Source of the DNA: Takakia lepidozioides
Taxonomy: Eukaryota; Plantae; Bryophyta
Length of the DNA: 64,000 nt
Direction: 5' to 3'
Assembly (NCBI GenBank): GCA_030704615.1
Contig: CM060734.1
Coordinates: forward strand, 19,034,001-19,098,000
Position numbers and translations under genes: made by a program. The notes below the pieces were generated by a model that was not told where the DNA came from, did not search any database, and saw only the letters and a list, made by a program, of their open reading frames with translations. Below, piece after piece: positions 51,419 to 64,000 of the stretch. Positions within the stretch are counted from its first letter, which is position 1. Each line of letters starts with the position of its first letter.

Positions 51419-51937
51419 ATACACTTATGCAGCGGGATAGCAGCACATAACATCCTCTTCACTTTGGTCATCTGCAATTTCCATTACTGGGTTTCACAAG
51501 AGTTGAAACTTGAAATTGATGTCCCTTCGTATATTTAGTGCCAATGCAGTCTCCAATTATGTTGTGCAATGTGTGTCATTTCTTTCTTGTGTGTAGTCGT
51601 TCGAAAATAAATGGAATGGATGCGAATGCTTTCACAAGTCATTCCTACAGTTTAATTTTTGGTGTTTTGGATGGATGAATGAATGCCATGGCTATAGGCC
51701 CCTCGGCTATAGGTGCTATATGTTTATGATGACATGGCATCTGGCAAGTTGTCCAGATGCCACATCATTCTAACGACTGCCACGTCAGCTGGATAACGAC
51801 ATGTCAGCAGGCCCTCGCCACGTTAGCCTCACGCTCACGCCACGTCACCATCGCGTGAGCATACGCTCTCACGCTCATGCGGAAGTCACGTCTATCATAA
51901 AGCAGCCATATCTAAGGGTGTTTCCATTCTGGAATGT

Positions 51938-52860
51938 GTGGATGACAGAGTGAAAGAAGGAGAGAAGCTGTTCATTGTGATTGGAGACCTTGAGTCCGAA
52001 GACCCTCGCTCGTTTTGGTTCAAGGTGAAGTGCAAGTACTGTGGTGATTTCTTTCTACTATGCCCTCCAAAGAAGAACCTTGAAGCCAATCTGATGAATA
52101 ATTTAGAGGGTACTAAGCATAGTAAGATTGTTGAGGATATGTTGAGAGGAGAACGAGGGGCTTCAGCGTTATCAACAGTTCTAAGGGGGAGACCCTCTTT
52201 GCCAAAACCTGGAATGAATCAACCATATCTCCACGGCTGGTTCAGATGACCATCACCAATAACATCAGAGGACGTGTCGCCTTCAATAGAGATCAGCGAT
52301 TCCTACTCTTCTTTGCTCTGTTGGGGTTTATGGTCTACGTCATGTCTTATGGCCATAAAACCTATGAGGTGAAATCTTTGCTGCAAGATGTTAAAACAAG
52401 GGGATCGTGGGTTGTTGAACCCCATACCGAGGCTGATGTTAGTATAGGTGGTTCTATGTTGAATATCAAAGGATGTTTCAGGCATAAACAGTACAAGAGG
52501 ATGTCAAGTGATGTACACCATTTATTAATCTGACTTGCCCACCTTGTTCTCAAATTCCACATGAGACTGATTTCAGACTAAGAGTACTCCGTGAGGAAGC
52601 TTCTCTTAAAAAAAGAGGGTTAAGAGGCATTCAAGTTGGTAGAGGAATAGATTATCTGTCGTTTTCAGAACTAGCTTTGTATGCCAAGAAGATGACCCAA
52701 AAATATAAGTAGGAAAGATTTCTACATTGTGTACAAAGAGCCGAAAGTGGTTCACAGAACCTTGGACCGTAGAGGTTGCCGATCCAAGGTACCTAGTATA
52801 TGTTCCTCCAAAAACGTTGTGCCATGAGAAAATGGTGATGCAGAAGTGTTGCGAGACAAT
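51938..52860 (+). pseudogene. degraded zinc-finger ORF, probably TE-derived
   Basis: KVKCKYCGDFFLLC...NLMNNLEGTKH; frameshifts. Confidence 0.35.
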
Positions 52861-53724
52861 CTGCAAGCACCTCCAGATTTAAAGAATCCTTCTAGGGATG
52901 CTGAAGTGCCTCCGGTTCTTCCTTTAGAAGTTGAAGGCAATGTTCCAGTTGAGGATGAGGTTTTGATGATGGATTAGATGCCCTTGTAGTTGTAGAAACT
53001 AAAGTCAGGGATGCTATCAGTGATGTTTTGGATGTTGAGGAAGAACGGCAATTTGTCTTTACATGAGATCCTGTAGTCCCTGACACCAAGATTTCGGCAA
53101 CTGTAGAATATGGCGGCAACACAATATATAAATCTACTAACGTCAGTTGAATACTAACCCCTTCTTGTCGAAAGACCGTTTGACAAGGGTGTAAAACTCT
53201 TTGTTTTTCAACAACTCGGAGGACTACTTGACTGCCGCTAATTCTACCAGTACATGCTTGTTAGGGCTCGGTGGTGACTGTTGTGTATATTTTGTTCAAC
53301 GCTCCAGTATAGCTGTCTCCTCCACTGTAAAAGAAACGAGGGCAAGCATCAACTTCCAAACATGTTCCTACTAACATTACTAATACAGTTGATGAGGATC
53401 GATGTTGGTGGCTGGGTAGAGTCCAGAAGATAAGGAGGAAGGTGGGCACAAAATGGGGGATGTCAAGGCACCCCATTGAACTCATGAACAAGTCACCAAC
53501 AAGCAAGAAGAAGACTAATACTGCGGGCCAACTATCATGGTCTTGCTGAATTGGTTTACTAAGGCCCGGGGGAATCTTAAGTTCAAATATGATGGTACTG
53601 ATTCTAAATGAGATAGATATAGATACCATTATCTCTATTGTCACTTTAAGTTATCAGCCAGAGAACAACTTGTATGTGTTAGATAGTAATGATGCGGACT
53701 CATTAAATGAGTTTGTTAGTGAGC

Positions 53725-54061
53725 CAGGCCCACACGTTGACATTTTGAATACAAAACAACGATCTGCCTCAGCCCCTTGTCCAGGAAACCTACTTCCATG
53801 AATGTAGTCATATCCACATCGTCGCTTCACCTCCAGAATGGAGTGCATATCCGAGCCACGCCCAATTTTTTGTTTGCAGGAGACAATGTGGTTTCGGACA
53901 TTCGGTGAACAAACGTGGGACACTGACTCCAACAATGCCTCCATTTCCTTCTCATCGAGAGGAACTCTGTTGGAGCCATCTTCCGACATAATTATGACCA
54001 ATGTCATCTTATGGTGGGTTTCTCCCCATAGAATAGTAATGTCAGGGTCAGATGTACCCAA
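53725..54061 (-). pseudogene. transposase-like N-terminal fragment
   Basis: SILEVKRRCGYDYIHGSRFPGQG...FVFKMSTCGPGS; abruptly truncated; family assignment is inference. Confidence 0.35.
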
Positions 54062-54499
54062 TCCCCCGGGGAGATCACTCCTTGTAAAACTTTGTTACCA
54101 TTTGCGAACAAATGGTATATAGTTGGGGGATATTATTTGGGGTGTCTTTTTTTTTGTACCCTTGCATTACATAATTTTATAGTATGGGTTTTTTGTAGAC
54201 ACCCTATTTCGGAATTATACAAAATACTAGATTCTTTTATTAGCACCCAAATTTACTTTAAAATATTATATAAAGTTCAATTTGAATGAGGAAAAAAAAA
54301 CAGTAGCAGCATATACACAGTAAACAACAAAATACATGAACTTTATTCAGGCGAATATGGCCTACTGTCAGTTAGTCCCTTTTGCAACCTCCAAATTTTA
54401 AAAGCATGTGGCTACAAGAAGTCCGGCTTTTTACTGCCATAAAACCTAGGTACAATATGTAAGCATTCACTAAAGACGTGTCAACTCCATGAAAGTATA

Positions 54500-55305
54500 A
54501 GCGGTGCCACCATTTATGGTCCATTGTCTGAACAGAGTAGTACCCCATTTGACAGATGTAGTTGATTTTTTCAATTTGTTCTGGCCAGTGTCGGTTATGC
54601 GCAAAATTTGCAGCATGACCAACTTATATGCAAAGATAGAAAACAAATTTCTTGGAAATTTGAAAGGAGGTAGTGATACTAGTATCCTGTCACAGTCCGA
54701 GAATTGAAGGCTTGACTTGCTATCCACATCTTAATGGGTATATATTAAAAAACTATTTAGTACTAGATTGTACTTGAGAGCCAACAATGCATTTTTTCAG
54801 TTGCCCTTCTATAGTGCGTATTTTGTTGCGCAACCGGTAGGAGGCAATTTTGAGAACCTTGTTGACAACAGGGATGTGTGCACAGATGACACTGATTCTG
54901 CATTTGACAAGTTAGCTAAAACTAAGTAGCTGTTGGATGCACTAAATGGTTTGTATGCCACCTTCATGAGTCCCGAGCAACATTTGAATGTGGATGAGCA
55001 AATGGTGAACTATAAGTATGTTAGAATCCAACAATACCTTAGTAAAAAGCCCGTAAAGTGAGGTATGAAAGTGTGGTGTTTGTTTGGTGCATCTTCAAAA
55101 TATGTCCAAAAGTTAGAGGTTTATCTTAGGAAAGAGGAATGATATCACCCATCACAACGCCGGATATGAAGTGCGACAAGGTTGCTAGAAAGGTTTGGTG
55201 GCAAGGCCATACATATTGTAACAATGGAGAATTTCTTTAGTAGTTATATCTTGTTCTGTGATTTTGCAGCAAAACATGTTTATGCCACTGGTACTGTAAA
55301 AACAA
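54500..55305 (+). pseudogene. piggyBac-like transposase remnant
   Basis: FFNLFW...TNLYA; ELKA.LAI.ILMG; EQHLNVDEQMV; QQYLSKKPVK*GMKVW; VTMENFFSS; YATGTVK; many stops. Confidence 0.75.
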
Positions 55306-55545
55306 TGCGTCAATGTGACGAGTGTTCGGGGAATCATGCTTGCCTCAAACGATAAAAAAAAATAGAAGTTGTGATATCATGCTCGAGTCCTATTACAAGA
55401 TTAAAACCCTCTTAGGCAGGATCTGTTGATGGGGAAGCCTTTCAAATCCTCTTTGGAAACTCTCTCCAAGTGCAGCCTTACGTTCACTAGTAGATGTGGA
55501 ACAACTCTTTCTTTCACAGCACTGATGAGTCTAAGTTTCATCGTG

Positions 55546-55548
<3 letters not shown>

Positions 55549-55580
<32 letters not shown>
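55549..55580. repeat. (GA)n microsatellite
   Basis: About 16 GA units. Confidence 0.95.
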
Positions 55581-55584
<4 letters not shown>

Positions 55585-58500
55585 GAGACCGTCAAGACAA
55601 TTCCAACTTGGTTGTATGAAGCAAAAAAGATCCAAGGAGAAATGGCTATCAAAATGGTTGTCGAAATTATTTGTCACCAACTTAGCATCCATCCAAGAAC
55701 AACATCCACTTTGCCACTTATGTGAACACGAAACTCCAGCCTACCTCTCTCATCTTTTTTACCCAAATCAAGGCAAGAAAGAAAGCCATACAAAGGGGAA
55801 AAACGTGTTGTGCCCACCTCCCCTATTGTGGTTCATTACCAGTAGCACATGATGGGAGGGGATGTCTAGGATCAGTTGCCCTTAAAGGTAGACCAGGACT
55901 GGACTCCCTACTTGACCATGTAATCTTAGGCAATTCAGTAGCTGCAGAGTTCCCCATGTCATCACTGACCATATCAGAAGGACTCCACTACTCCCAAATT
56001 TCAGACATATATAGTCCTACCTCATACTGTGGACCCTGATTGTCCACATCGAATTCTATCAAGTGATGATTGTCAACGTCTAAGGTCATCCTCTTCTGGA
56101 TCATAATCACAATCAGAATCTGACTCGGAGTCATCTAATTGACAGTCATGCATCTCGACAGAAGGAAAATTCGCGGAAGCAAACAAAAACCGCCGCAAAC
56201 CCGACCCCACTCCCTACCCAATCAAAATTCAAAATCCTAACAAAAAAGAAAACCTAATCGCTCTGTGGAATCCTAAGCGCCATGTGGCTGATATCCCACA
56301 GTAAAAAATGGGGGTCAATCGACTAAATTTTGCAAAAAATAAAGCAAGGGAAAATGGAGGCCTAAAATGGCCCAAATGGGCGCTTACGGTTAAAGATCAA
56401 AACTGCATAAATGCCGAATGACAAAGACAAAAATAAAAGTAAAAAATGTTAGCTAGGCTGTCACACATGCTTACAGTACATTGAAATGAAAAGATGGAGG
56501 TAAAAGAAATTTATCAACCGTTATTCTTAGCATTGTTCTAGAACAATCCAATTCTATTTTGAGGCACATGAAACATAACTTGCGTACCTTGTTGCTAAAT
56601 AAGCGTCAATAACACTCTGGTTATGGGAGCTGAAAGCAAAACACACTTCTGTATAATCTAGGCCTCCATGGTTTGGATCGTGGTGAAAGGAAGGGTCAAA
56701 CTCGTTATATTGTCGTGAAACCAGAATGGCACACATAACATGTTAGGAATAGGCCAGCCAAGGGCCCCACATTCAAACAAATATCCAAATAGTTGAATTC
56801 AATTTTCATCAGTGAGTGGGCTAGCTGGCCCATTATAAGGCGTTGTGGATGCCACATTGATATATGCGCTCTTAAAACTGTTCATATGCTAATGGAGTAA
56901 TAAGGCTCGTATAGGGAGCACCGCTGTCGATTATCATAGCTCCTAGGCCATTTGTGTCGATGTCAAATATGCTAGGAGGCATAAGCACCATAAGCACCAG
57001 TAGCTCATTCACTAGAATTCCCGCGAGAGGAGTAAATGGAATAGGCTCCCAAACTAGAGTTGGTGATCAGTGGGTTATTAAGGGCCAATTGGTCTGACAT
57101 GAAGAAATCAGATTTCCATGGCCCAAGATGAGGCCCTGAGATTGATTGGCACTCTTTGTTGTATCCTTAGACAAATCATTACGTCCGCAAAATAAACAAC
57201 ATTATAAATATATCAATTGGGAATATCAACCTCACAATCGGTAAAAAGATTATATGCCCAAAAGCATTTCAAAACAAGAAGTTTGACTATACTCGATATA
57301 ATAGCGGCAATAGTAGAGGACATCATTTGACCAAAGCTTAACCCCCTTGAGTTATATATCAATCTGACACCTTCGCAAAATGACTTCATAAGAAAGAGAT
57401 AAGAGATTGACTATCTTGTGACGTCAACCGCCTAGACTTGTCAAATCAACAAGCTAAATGACTGCATGCATACTATCCTAACATCACCGAGCTCACAAAA
57501 CCATTGCTTTCCAAGTCCAATCTAGACCACACAAGAAGGAGTACCAAGAGGGCAAGAGAGAGAGAGACTCGAATGACAACCTCATCTTCATTTTTGAGGA
57601 GTAACATTGGAGGTAATAATGGGGAGGATGACATAGGTAAATGCTTGTGGATTAAATGAGAGATGCTCCCCCTTAAGAAGAACTTTGAGACTCCACCAAA
57701 TATCATACCAAATACCATTGCTGATGTTGTTCCATATATGCAACATGCATTAGACCATTGCAGTCGAAAAAAACCCTAAAATTTATCTAAGACTTGCCTC
57801 AAGTTTTTGGGAGGTCTTATAGAAAGAAGGGGGATCGGCCATTGGGTCAAGACGCCAAATTTAAAGTGTGGCTTAAAAATACATTTGGTCAAAAGATGGG
57901 GATGCAGGAAATGAAGGGATCTTCATTCTTGCATCTCAAAATTGATGGACTGGAATCCTACTTCTTTGTAGCTCGGGAGGATTATAATCCAAGAGAATAT
58001 ACCTTGATTACCTTCGCAAGAGAATATGATCCCTGCATCTCTAAGGCAAATTTTAACTCATATACGTAGATGTAGGGTTTATATAAATAATTAGTTTACT
58101 ATGCAATCACTGATAGTCCCCTTGTCCCTTACAAAGTGGCAATTGAATCAAAATGTCCTAGAGGTGCCCAATGGCATCCACAACGCACACAAACATAGAA
58201 AAGAAAATTATGGCGTGTTATATGAGAGAGACACTCATCCCATAGAGAGTCTCCCCCGGAGGGTACTAATTCATCTTCCTTCTTAGCTACTAATAAAAAA
58301 CCTGACCAACAAAATACCCCCACCAGATTGATTTGGGAAATAGATGAAAAGAACTTTTTGGTGAGGTAGTTTGGGAAATAGATGAAAGGAACTTTTTGGT
58401 GAGGTAGTTGACCGTGAGCTGGTCACAGCATAAAGAAACAACACTCCAATGTTGTCATCATGTCTTGAGGTCCTCCCATCCCCTCACTTCCTCTCAGCTG

Positions 58501-59343
58501 CTTTAGATTTGCTCTCCACTCCAACTTTGCCACTGTTCCAACGCAACTTGGGAATCAGTCCTTTGTAACCTTCAAGGTTTTTTATGAATAATAATCTCCA
58601 TGAAGGTTATCCCACAACAAAATTAAATATTTCTCAACCAATTATAGCAATAATATAATAATTTAATGCAAGCGTGTGGTCAATGACAAACGTAATAGGC
58701 CATTTTTTGGCCTGCAAAATCTTCCCCACCCCATCTTGAAAGTGACATAGAGACACCAAAACAGTGGAGCAACACTTTATATGGTGACAACATTGGAGTG
58801 ACAATAGGGTTACCACCACCATCACGTTATCAACATTTTTTTATATATTTCTTAAGAAAAGGGATAGACCTAGGAGCCATTGTTCAAATCAGGTCCCCTA
58901 ATTACAGTGAGAGGAAAAACTAACCTGTTTCCAAGTAACCTCGCCAAACACTAGGCTCAAGGGCACTATCCACGGAAGGGGGAGAATACAATACTACCCA
59001 ACAAAGTAGCAATATTCGAGCACAGAATCACCTGGATGGCATACAATGAACTATCCAACTAAGCCACCATTTGGTACTGATTACCAGCAATAATATACTC
59101 ATCGCAACACAATACGACAACATGTAGCATTCTAAAATATTTAATAGTAAGACAGGGTAACAGGGATGAGAAAGATTTGGCATGGGCTTCCAGAAGAGCC
59201 AACCTTGCCGAAACTCTCAGATCACACGCTTGCATTAAGTTCTTATATTATTCCTATTGTTTTCCCTAAATAATTTTTTTCTAAATCATCAGGGTTGCAA
59301 ACAACAGCTCTATAGTGGGAACAAATACTATGAAAGAGGTTGA

Positions 59344-59485
59344 CAACCCAGTTGTAGCCAGTGGTAATGGGCAAATACCACCTCGGAAGTGGTTATGGGT
59401 TCAATCCACCTTTTGGTGTCACAAAGGTGTCCACCTTCCTAGCAGAAGCCAGTAAGTCTTGGGGGTAAGAGACAATTTATGCTTC
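59344..59485 (+). mobile_element. tRNA-derived SINE, family 1
   Basis: TAGCCAGTGG...GGTTCAATCC; homologous to 29735-29886. Confidence 0.7.
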
Positions 59486-62400
59486 CCTGGGTACACGTCA
59501 TATATATATATATATCTGAAAGAGGTTATTTTCTCCTCTCACTATATTTAATGGCCTGATTTGTGAGCTGTCACCGCTCCCAGGTGTTAGAAATAGCGGC
59601 AGTGTGAAACGGACAACAGCTAGGATCTGGATGGGAATTGATAGGATTCCATTCACACAGGGTTGGATGGTCAAAGCAAGCATGCATTCCCCACACGCCA
59701 AACCCTACCCTCGACAGCCGTCAGTCCCTGAATCTGGGAACATGAAACTGGGTTTGACTACAAAAAATCTTCTATTCTGCTTGTAGTTTTCAAAGATAAA
59801 TGCTGTTTGAGGAAAACTCTTCACTGCTGATTTTCAACTTTGCTTATATTATGCAGCCCCCTTGGTTTTTAACCCCTTGGTTGCCGGGACTGACCCATTT
59901 TGGTTTACTTAACTGCAGGTAAGCCTATCTGTGCACTCAAAAGACTTCTGCCAAGCGCAGGGCACAATGATAGTAAAACACTGCTTCAACATTCCCTTGG
60001 TAACTTTAGTAAATCAAATGGCCTGCGGCGGCATTAATGCCAGTTTTGATCTGCCACACACACACACAAAGCCGCCCTTGTGCTTTCCAATGAACTTTGA
60101 GTGGATGAGATATGTTAAGAAATTCATCCTATAAGGATGAAACCGTCATTAAGTGTAGGGTCATTCATAGGTCAGCATGTTTTTTTTCTTGGCAAAGTTT
60201 CGTCGAATTTCGACCTCAAGAAATAAAATGGAATATTCTGTCACAAATTCCCTGTACTTTCATGGATGAAATTTCCAAACTTCTCCAAATAAAGAATAAC
60301 TTATGGATGAAATCGCCAATTAAGGATGATAAATGGATGAAAGTACAGAGGAAAATGATTGTATCCAAATTTCAATGGGTGAACGAAAGATACCGCCTAT
60401 TTCTCGGAGCCACTTGTGCTGTTCTCCAAATTTCGAGAAGAAATCTGAGGCTAAGACATTCCAAATATCCCAAAGTTTATGGACGCTTGGATTGACTTTG
60501 TCCCTTGATAACATCTTTTACACAATCTTCCCAAGCTCAAGGCACTTTTTGTGGATCATATGAGGTTGACTTTTACCAAGGTAATTTATGATGTCATCAT
60601 TTCATCCTCAAGGACTGCGGTCTTCTGTTTGGAAAGTGGAAGTAGAATCTTGGACGGCGCTTTGACCGTGCACCAACCCCACACTTATCAACGATCGGGG
60701 AAAACATATAACTGCGGCAAATAGGAAATGTTTGGAAATGATCGGCTAAGAGCCTGCCAAAGAACTCGATTATGTGATGAAAGTCATTGGTATCTGCTAG
60801 TAACCGGAACATGAGATAAATCACATCGATCTATACATACACTGTAAGAGCCAGAACCGAATTTTATTCTTAAGGGTCATGAGCTCTTTGGGTGATCTGG
60901 CGAAATGCCATTGCTTATGAGGATGAGCGCTATTTTTACGAGTGAGGGGAGCCACATTTTTTTGGATGCAATGTGACATATGTGGATGTAAAGTGTACTC
61001 CTCTTGACAGACTATGTCTGATAGAGTTCATACTCCCCCTCCTCTTGAACGCATATCTATTCCGTTTCCACAAGTTATGAGAAAAAATCAAATAACCGGC
61101 CAACACGAATGTCGCTAATAATCTCAGTTTTCGGGTTTTTGTTTTTTGGTTATTGCAATTTTTGTGGCTACATTTATAACCTTGTTCCGGTTATTAGCAA
61201 AACCTTAATAACCAGTGATTTTCACAAAATAATTGGGGATGTCCGGTTGACTCCCCAATGACCCCTTTCCTTCTTATGTTTGGGGTAATTGTAATGGAAT
61301 ATAATTGATTAAGTATTAGGTAAAGTAGCTAGGCTGGCAACAACTATTTAATGTGAATTTTGAGCTTGTGTTTTCATCCATGAGGAGCAGCATCTGGTCA
61401 TGTTCATTCACTATTCATCCATGTGGAGTTATTTTAAGTTTGGTGCCAGGAGATGGACGACAAGCCGCGTTAGTAGGATCCAGTAGGATACGGGTTGCAA
61501 TATTTTACCTCACATAAAAACTGAACTTTTTCATAGGAATCTTTGGGAATTCCAAATAAAGCCTCCCTCGTGGATCCCCTGAGTCAGCCCTCAGGCAACC
61601 ATCACTTCCAATATATACATATGTAAATATAATTTAATGTTGTATAGATGTCAGTATATGTTTTTTTTTCTTTTTTTCTTTTTCTTACAAAGGAAACCTG
61701 GGAGCGACAGGTCAGTATCTGTTTATGGTAAGAATAATGGAAGGTTAGAGCTTTTATCTCGCAGTAAAAACGCAAAGACAGGTTACAGGGAAGGTGGCGG
61801 ATCCAGAGATGGTGCTGTCGGTTTCTGAAGAGGGAGAAGGGGTGGTGGGGGGGGGAAAGTGGGCGGCTGAGCAGTGTATATAGAGATTCTGGCCTGCCTT
61901 GCTGCTTATCGGTGGGTTTGTTTCTTGGTGAGTTTGTTTCTCTCTTTTTCTCGGGAGGGGATACAGCTATGGCGGCTTTGCACTTCGATGAATCTGCTCC
62001 TGGCACTTTGCCCACAGTTGCCCCCGATCCAGAGAATCGTACCGTCCCACCGTCAGACCTGCCTTCGGCTTTGCCCAATTCTTCAAAGGGGACGCCTTTG
62101 AAAAGTTCTCTGGTGTGCATTTCTGGCTCACAACCACCCGTTGATGATTTCGCCATTGCTCCTTTCTTCCTGCTGTCAGAGATCACTCCCTGCCCCACAG
62201 AGATTTTTCCTTCTCGTGTAGAAGCAAGCCTGGGAATCCTCCTCGAGGATGGGTGTAATTTGTGTGAGATTGCTTGAAAACGAATAGTGTGTTAAACACG
62301 AAAAAACCTCATATTTCTTTTTGCTCTTCTTCAGTTTTGGGGTAAAACATCAGCCCTTGGCTTTAGGGTAGTTTCTTTCCCCTGCTTTCGATGAAAAGGG

Positions 62401-63024
62401 AGGTTGGTCACTAAAATGTGCTTCATGTAATCTTTCCGGCGCGTTGCACGTCAGGTTGCAAGTGGGATTAGATTGATTGGGGCAGAATCAGAACGCACAG
62501 TTTTTAAAGAAATCACATCGGCTATTGTGCCAAGAAATTCATTGCAAAAAGCTTCCTTTCTCCCTAGGATTCGAGTTATCACGACATTTTTTGGACTCAA
62601 AGCTTTGATAAGCATAGTGTGATGATTTCCCTCTCTCTTGTTAGCTCTTGTTGCTCATAGAAGATGCGCTTCTGGGACGTTCGATACTGAGTAATTCATG
62701 TCAGCCGAATGGCGGCCCTATCTTTCGGTCACAGATAGCTGTCTGAGTTCCTATCGGCAGTTGCAAAGTCCAGCTGCCCGTAATGATCAGTATGGCATGC
62801 ACTCTAAAGGAGTGTGTATTCAGCTGTAGCTTTTGGACTTTGCAGGTGCTTCGCTTGAGAGGTCTTACAATTAAGGAGTTTCAACAAGCTTCCTCACTTT
62901 CTCTTGAAACGAACGAAAGTTTGCACACTCACGTCAAGTTGCGAAGCGCCTGAGCTGTCATAAGCTTTTTCAGAAATGTAGGATGTGGGTGATCTCTAAC
63001 GAATTGTCGGATGAGTGTGTTCAG

Positions 63025-64000
63025 GCAGAGGAGACTGGGCTTGACGGGAAAAAGGGTACTGGCAAAGGAACCTCAACGGACTTGGTTGCAGCAGGGGATG
63101 ATGATTACACAGAAGATGGCACTGTCGATCTTAGTGGGCGTCCAGTTCTCAAGTCAAAGACAGGAGGATGGAGGAGCTGCCCTTACATTCTAGGTACAGG
63201 GCATTTCATCTTTGACAATATGACATTGATTTGACATCCAAACCACAAACAAGGGATCAACCCTAAGTTCAAGTGCATCTGCTGTTGTTGAACTCCAGAA
63301 ACGTTTATCATAGTGTTGCAATCATTTACAAATGTTTTGGTAATGGCTTACTTCAGAGACATGGCTGCATGGCTGTGTGTGCCGTTGCAAGCCAACATAA
63401 GCAGGTGCGAGAAAGTGTATGCATGTGAGTGAATATTGAAGACATTGACACCCAGCTTGATGTGTTACTGTTTGATATGACAGGAAACGAGTGTTGTGAG
63501 CGGTTGGCATATTATGGAATCTCAACAAACATGGTACTTTACTTGCAAAATAAGCTTCACCAGAGTCCATCTGTGGCAGCAAACAATGTCACAAATTGGT
63601 CTGGCACATGCTACATCACCCCTCTTATTGGTGCTTTTTTGGCAGATGCCTACTTGGGCCGTTTCTGGACAATTGCAAGCTTTTCTACTATCTACTTCTT
63701 TGTAAGTCAACACTCTCATTTCTTTTTCTACTGTTGCAAACACTACTCATGTTGTATAGTTCAAGGTATTCCTTTCCTCGCCCTCAGAGGCTAGTCTTTT
63801 TGTATGCTATATTTTGTGTTTTTGTGAAGAGCTAGAGTATCATGACCAGATCACATGGACTTTAGGAAATAATGTAAGAGGGAACCCACAGAAGAGATAC
63901 TGCTTGGATAGCTGACGAAATGAATTGTTGTTCATCTTCATGGCAATATGTGAGCTCTATTAAGGAACTGATTTTGTTGCTCTTACAGGGTATGATTCTA
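63025..64000 (+). CDS. NPF8: NRT1/PTR family (NPF8/PTR2-like) peptide or nitrate transporter, 5' exons; runs off the window
   Basis: Exons 63025-63193, 63484-63701 and from 63989: [13 protein letters not shown]...[24 protein letters not shown]...[26 protein letters not shown]. The start codon may be in a mini-exon at 62249. Confidence 0.92.

Noticed and set aside
57794-58340. Possible LINE ORF1 remnant
   Set aside because: Only a vague resemblance; no diagnostic motif.
61602-62277. 198-aa minus ORF and 121-aa plus ORF upstream of the NPF gene
   Set aside because: No recognisable domains; probably 5' UTR or first-exon sequence of the NPF gene.

Overview
Plant nuclear DNA, most likely a bryophyte (inferred from intron style and gene content; the species cannot be identified from this window). 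The first ~22.5 kb is a transposon nest dominated by one unusual Ty3/Gypsy-like retroelement family. Its polyprotein order is Gag - aspartic protease - DNMT3-like C5 cytosine methyltransferase - RT - RNase H - DDE integrase - PHD finger. It has no normal LTRs. Instead it has split direct repeats (A ... B-gc-A-B), TGTC...GACA termini, an internal palindromic end-to-end junction (GACAGCTGTC) and 4-bp target duplications. One copy (787-8741) has intact ends but has lost protease, DNMT and most of RT. A second copy appears split into an ends-only piece (9333-10824, minus) and an end-less body (11490-20302, plus). The invaded DNA contains a transposase-like ORF and an intron-containing pseudogene resembling bacterial N6/N4 amino-methyltransferases. 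The rest of the window holds RPL32 and OPT gene fragments, a CRE-like non-LTR element, tRNA-derived SINEs, a 1.1-kb foldback, SWIM/zinc-finger and piggyBac-like transposase relics, two uncharacterised multi-exon host genes and the 5' part of an NPF/PTR transporter gene. All domain calls are by-eye motif recognition; no searches were run.
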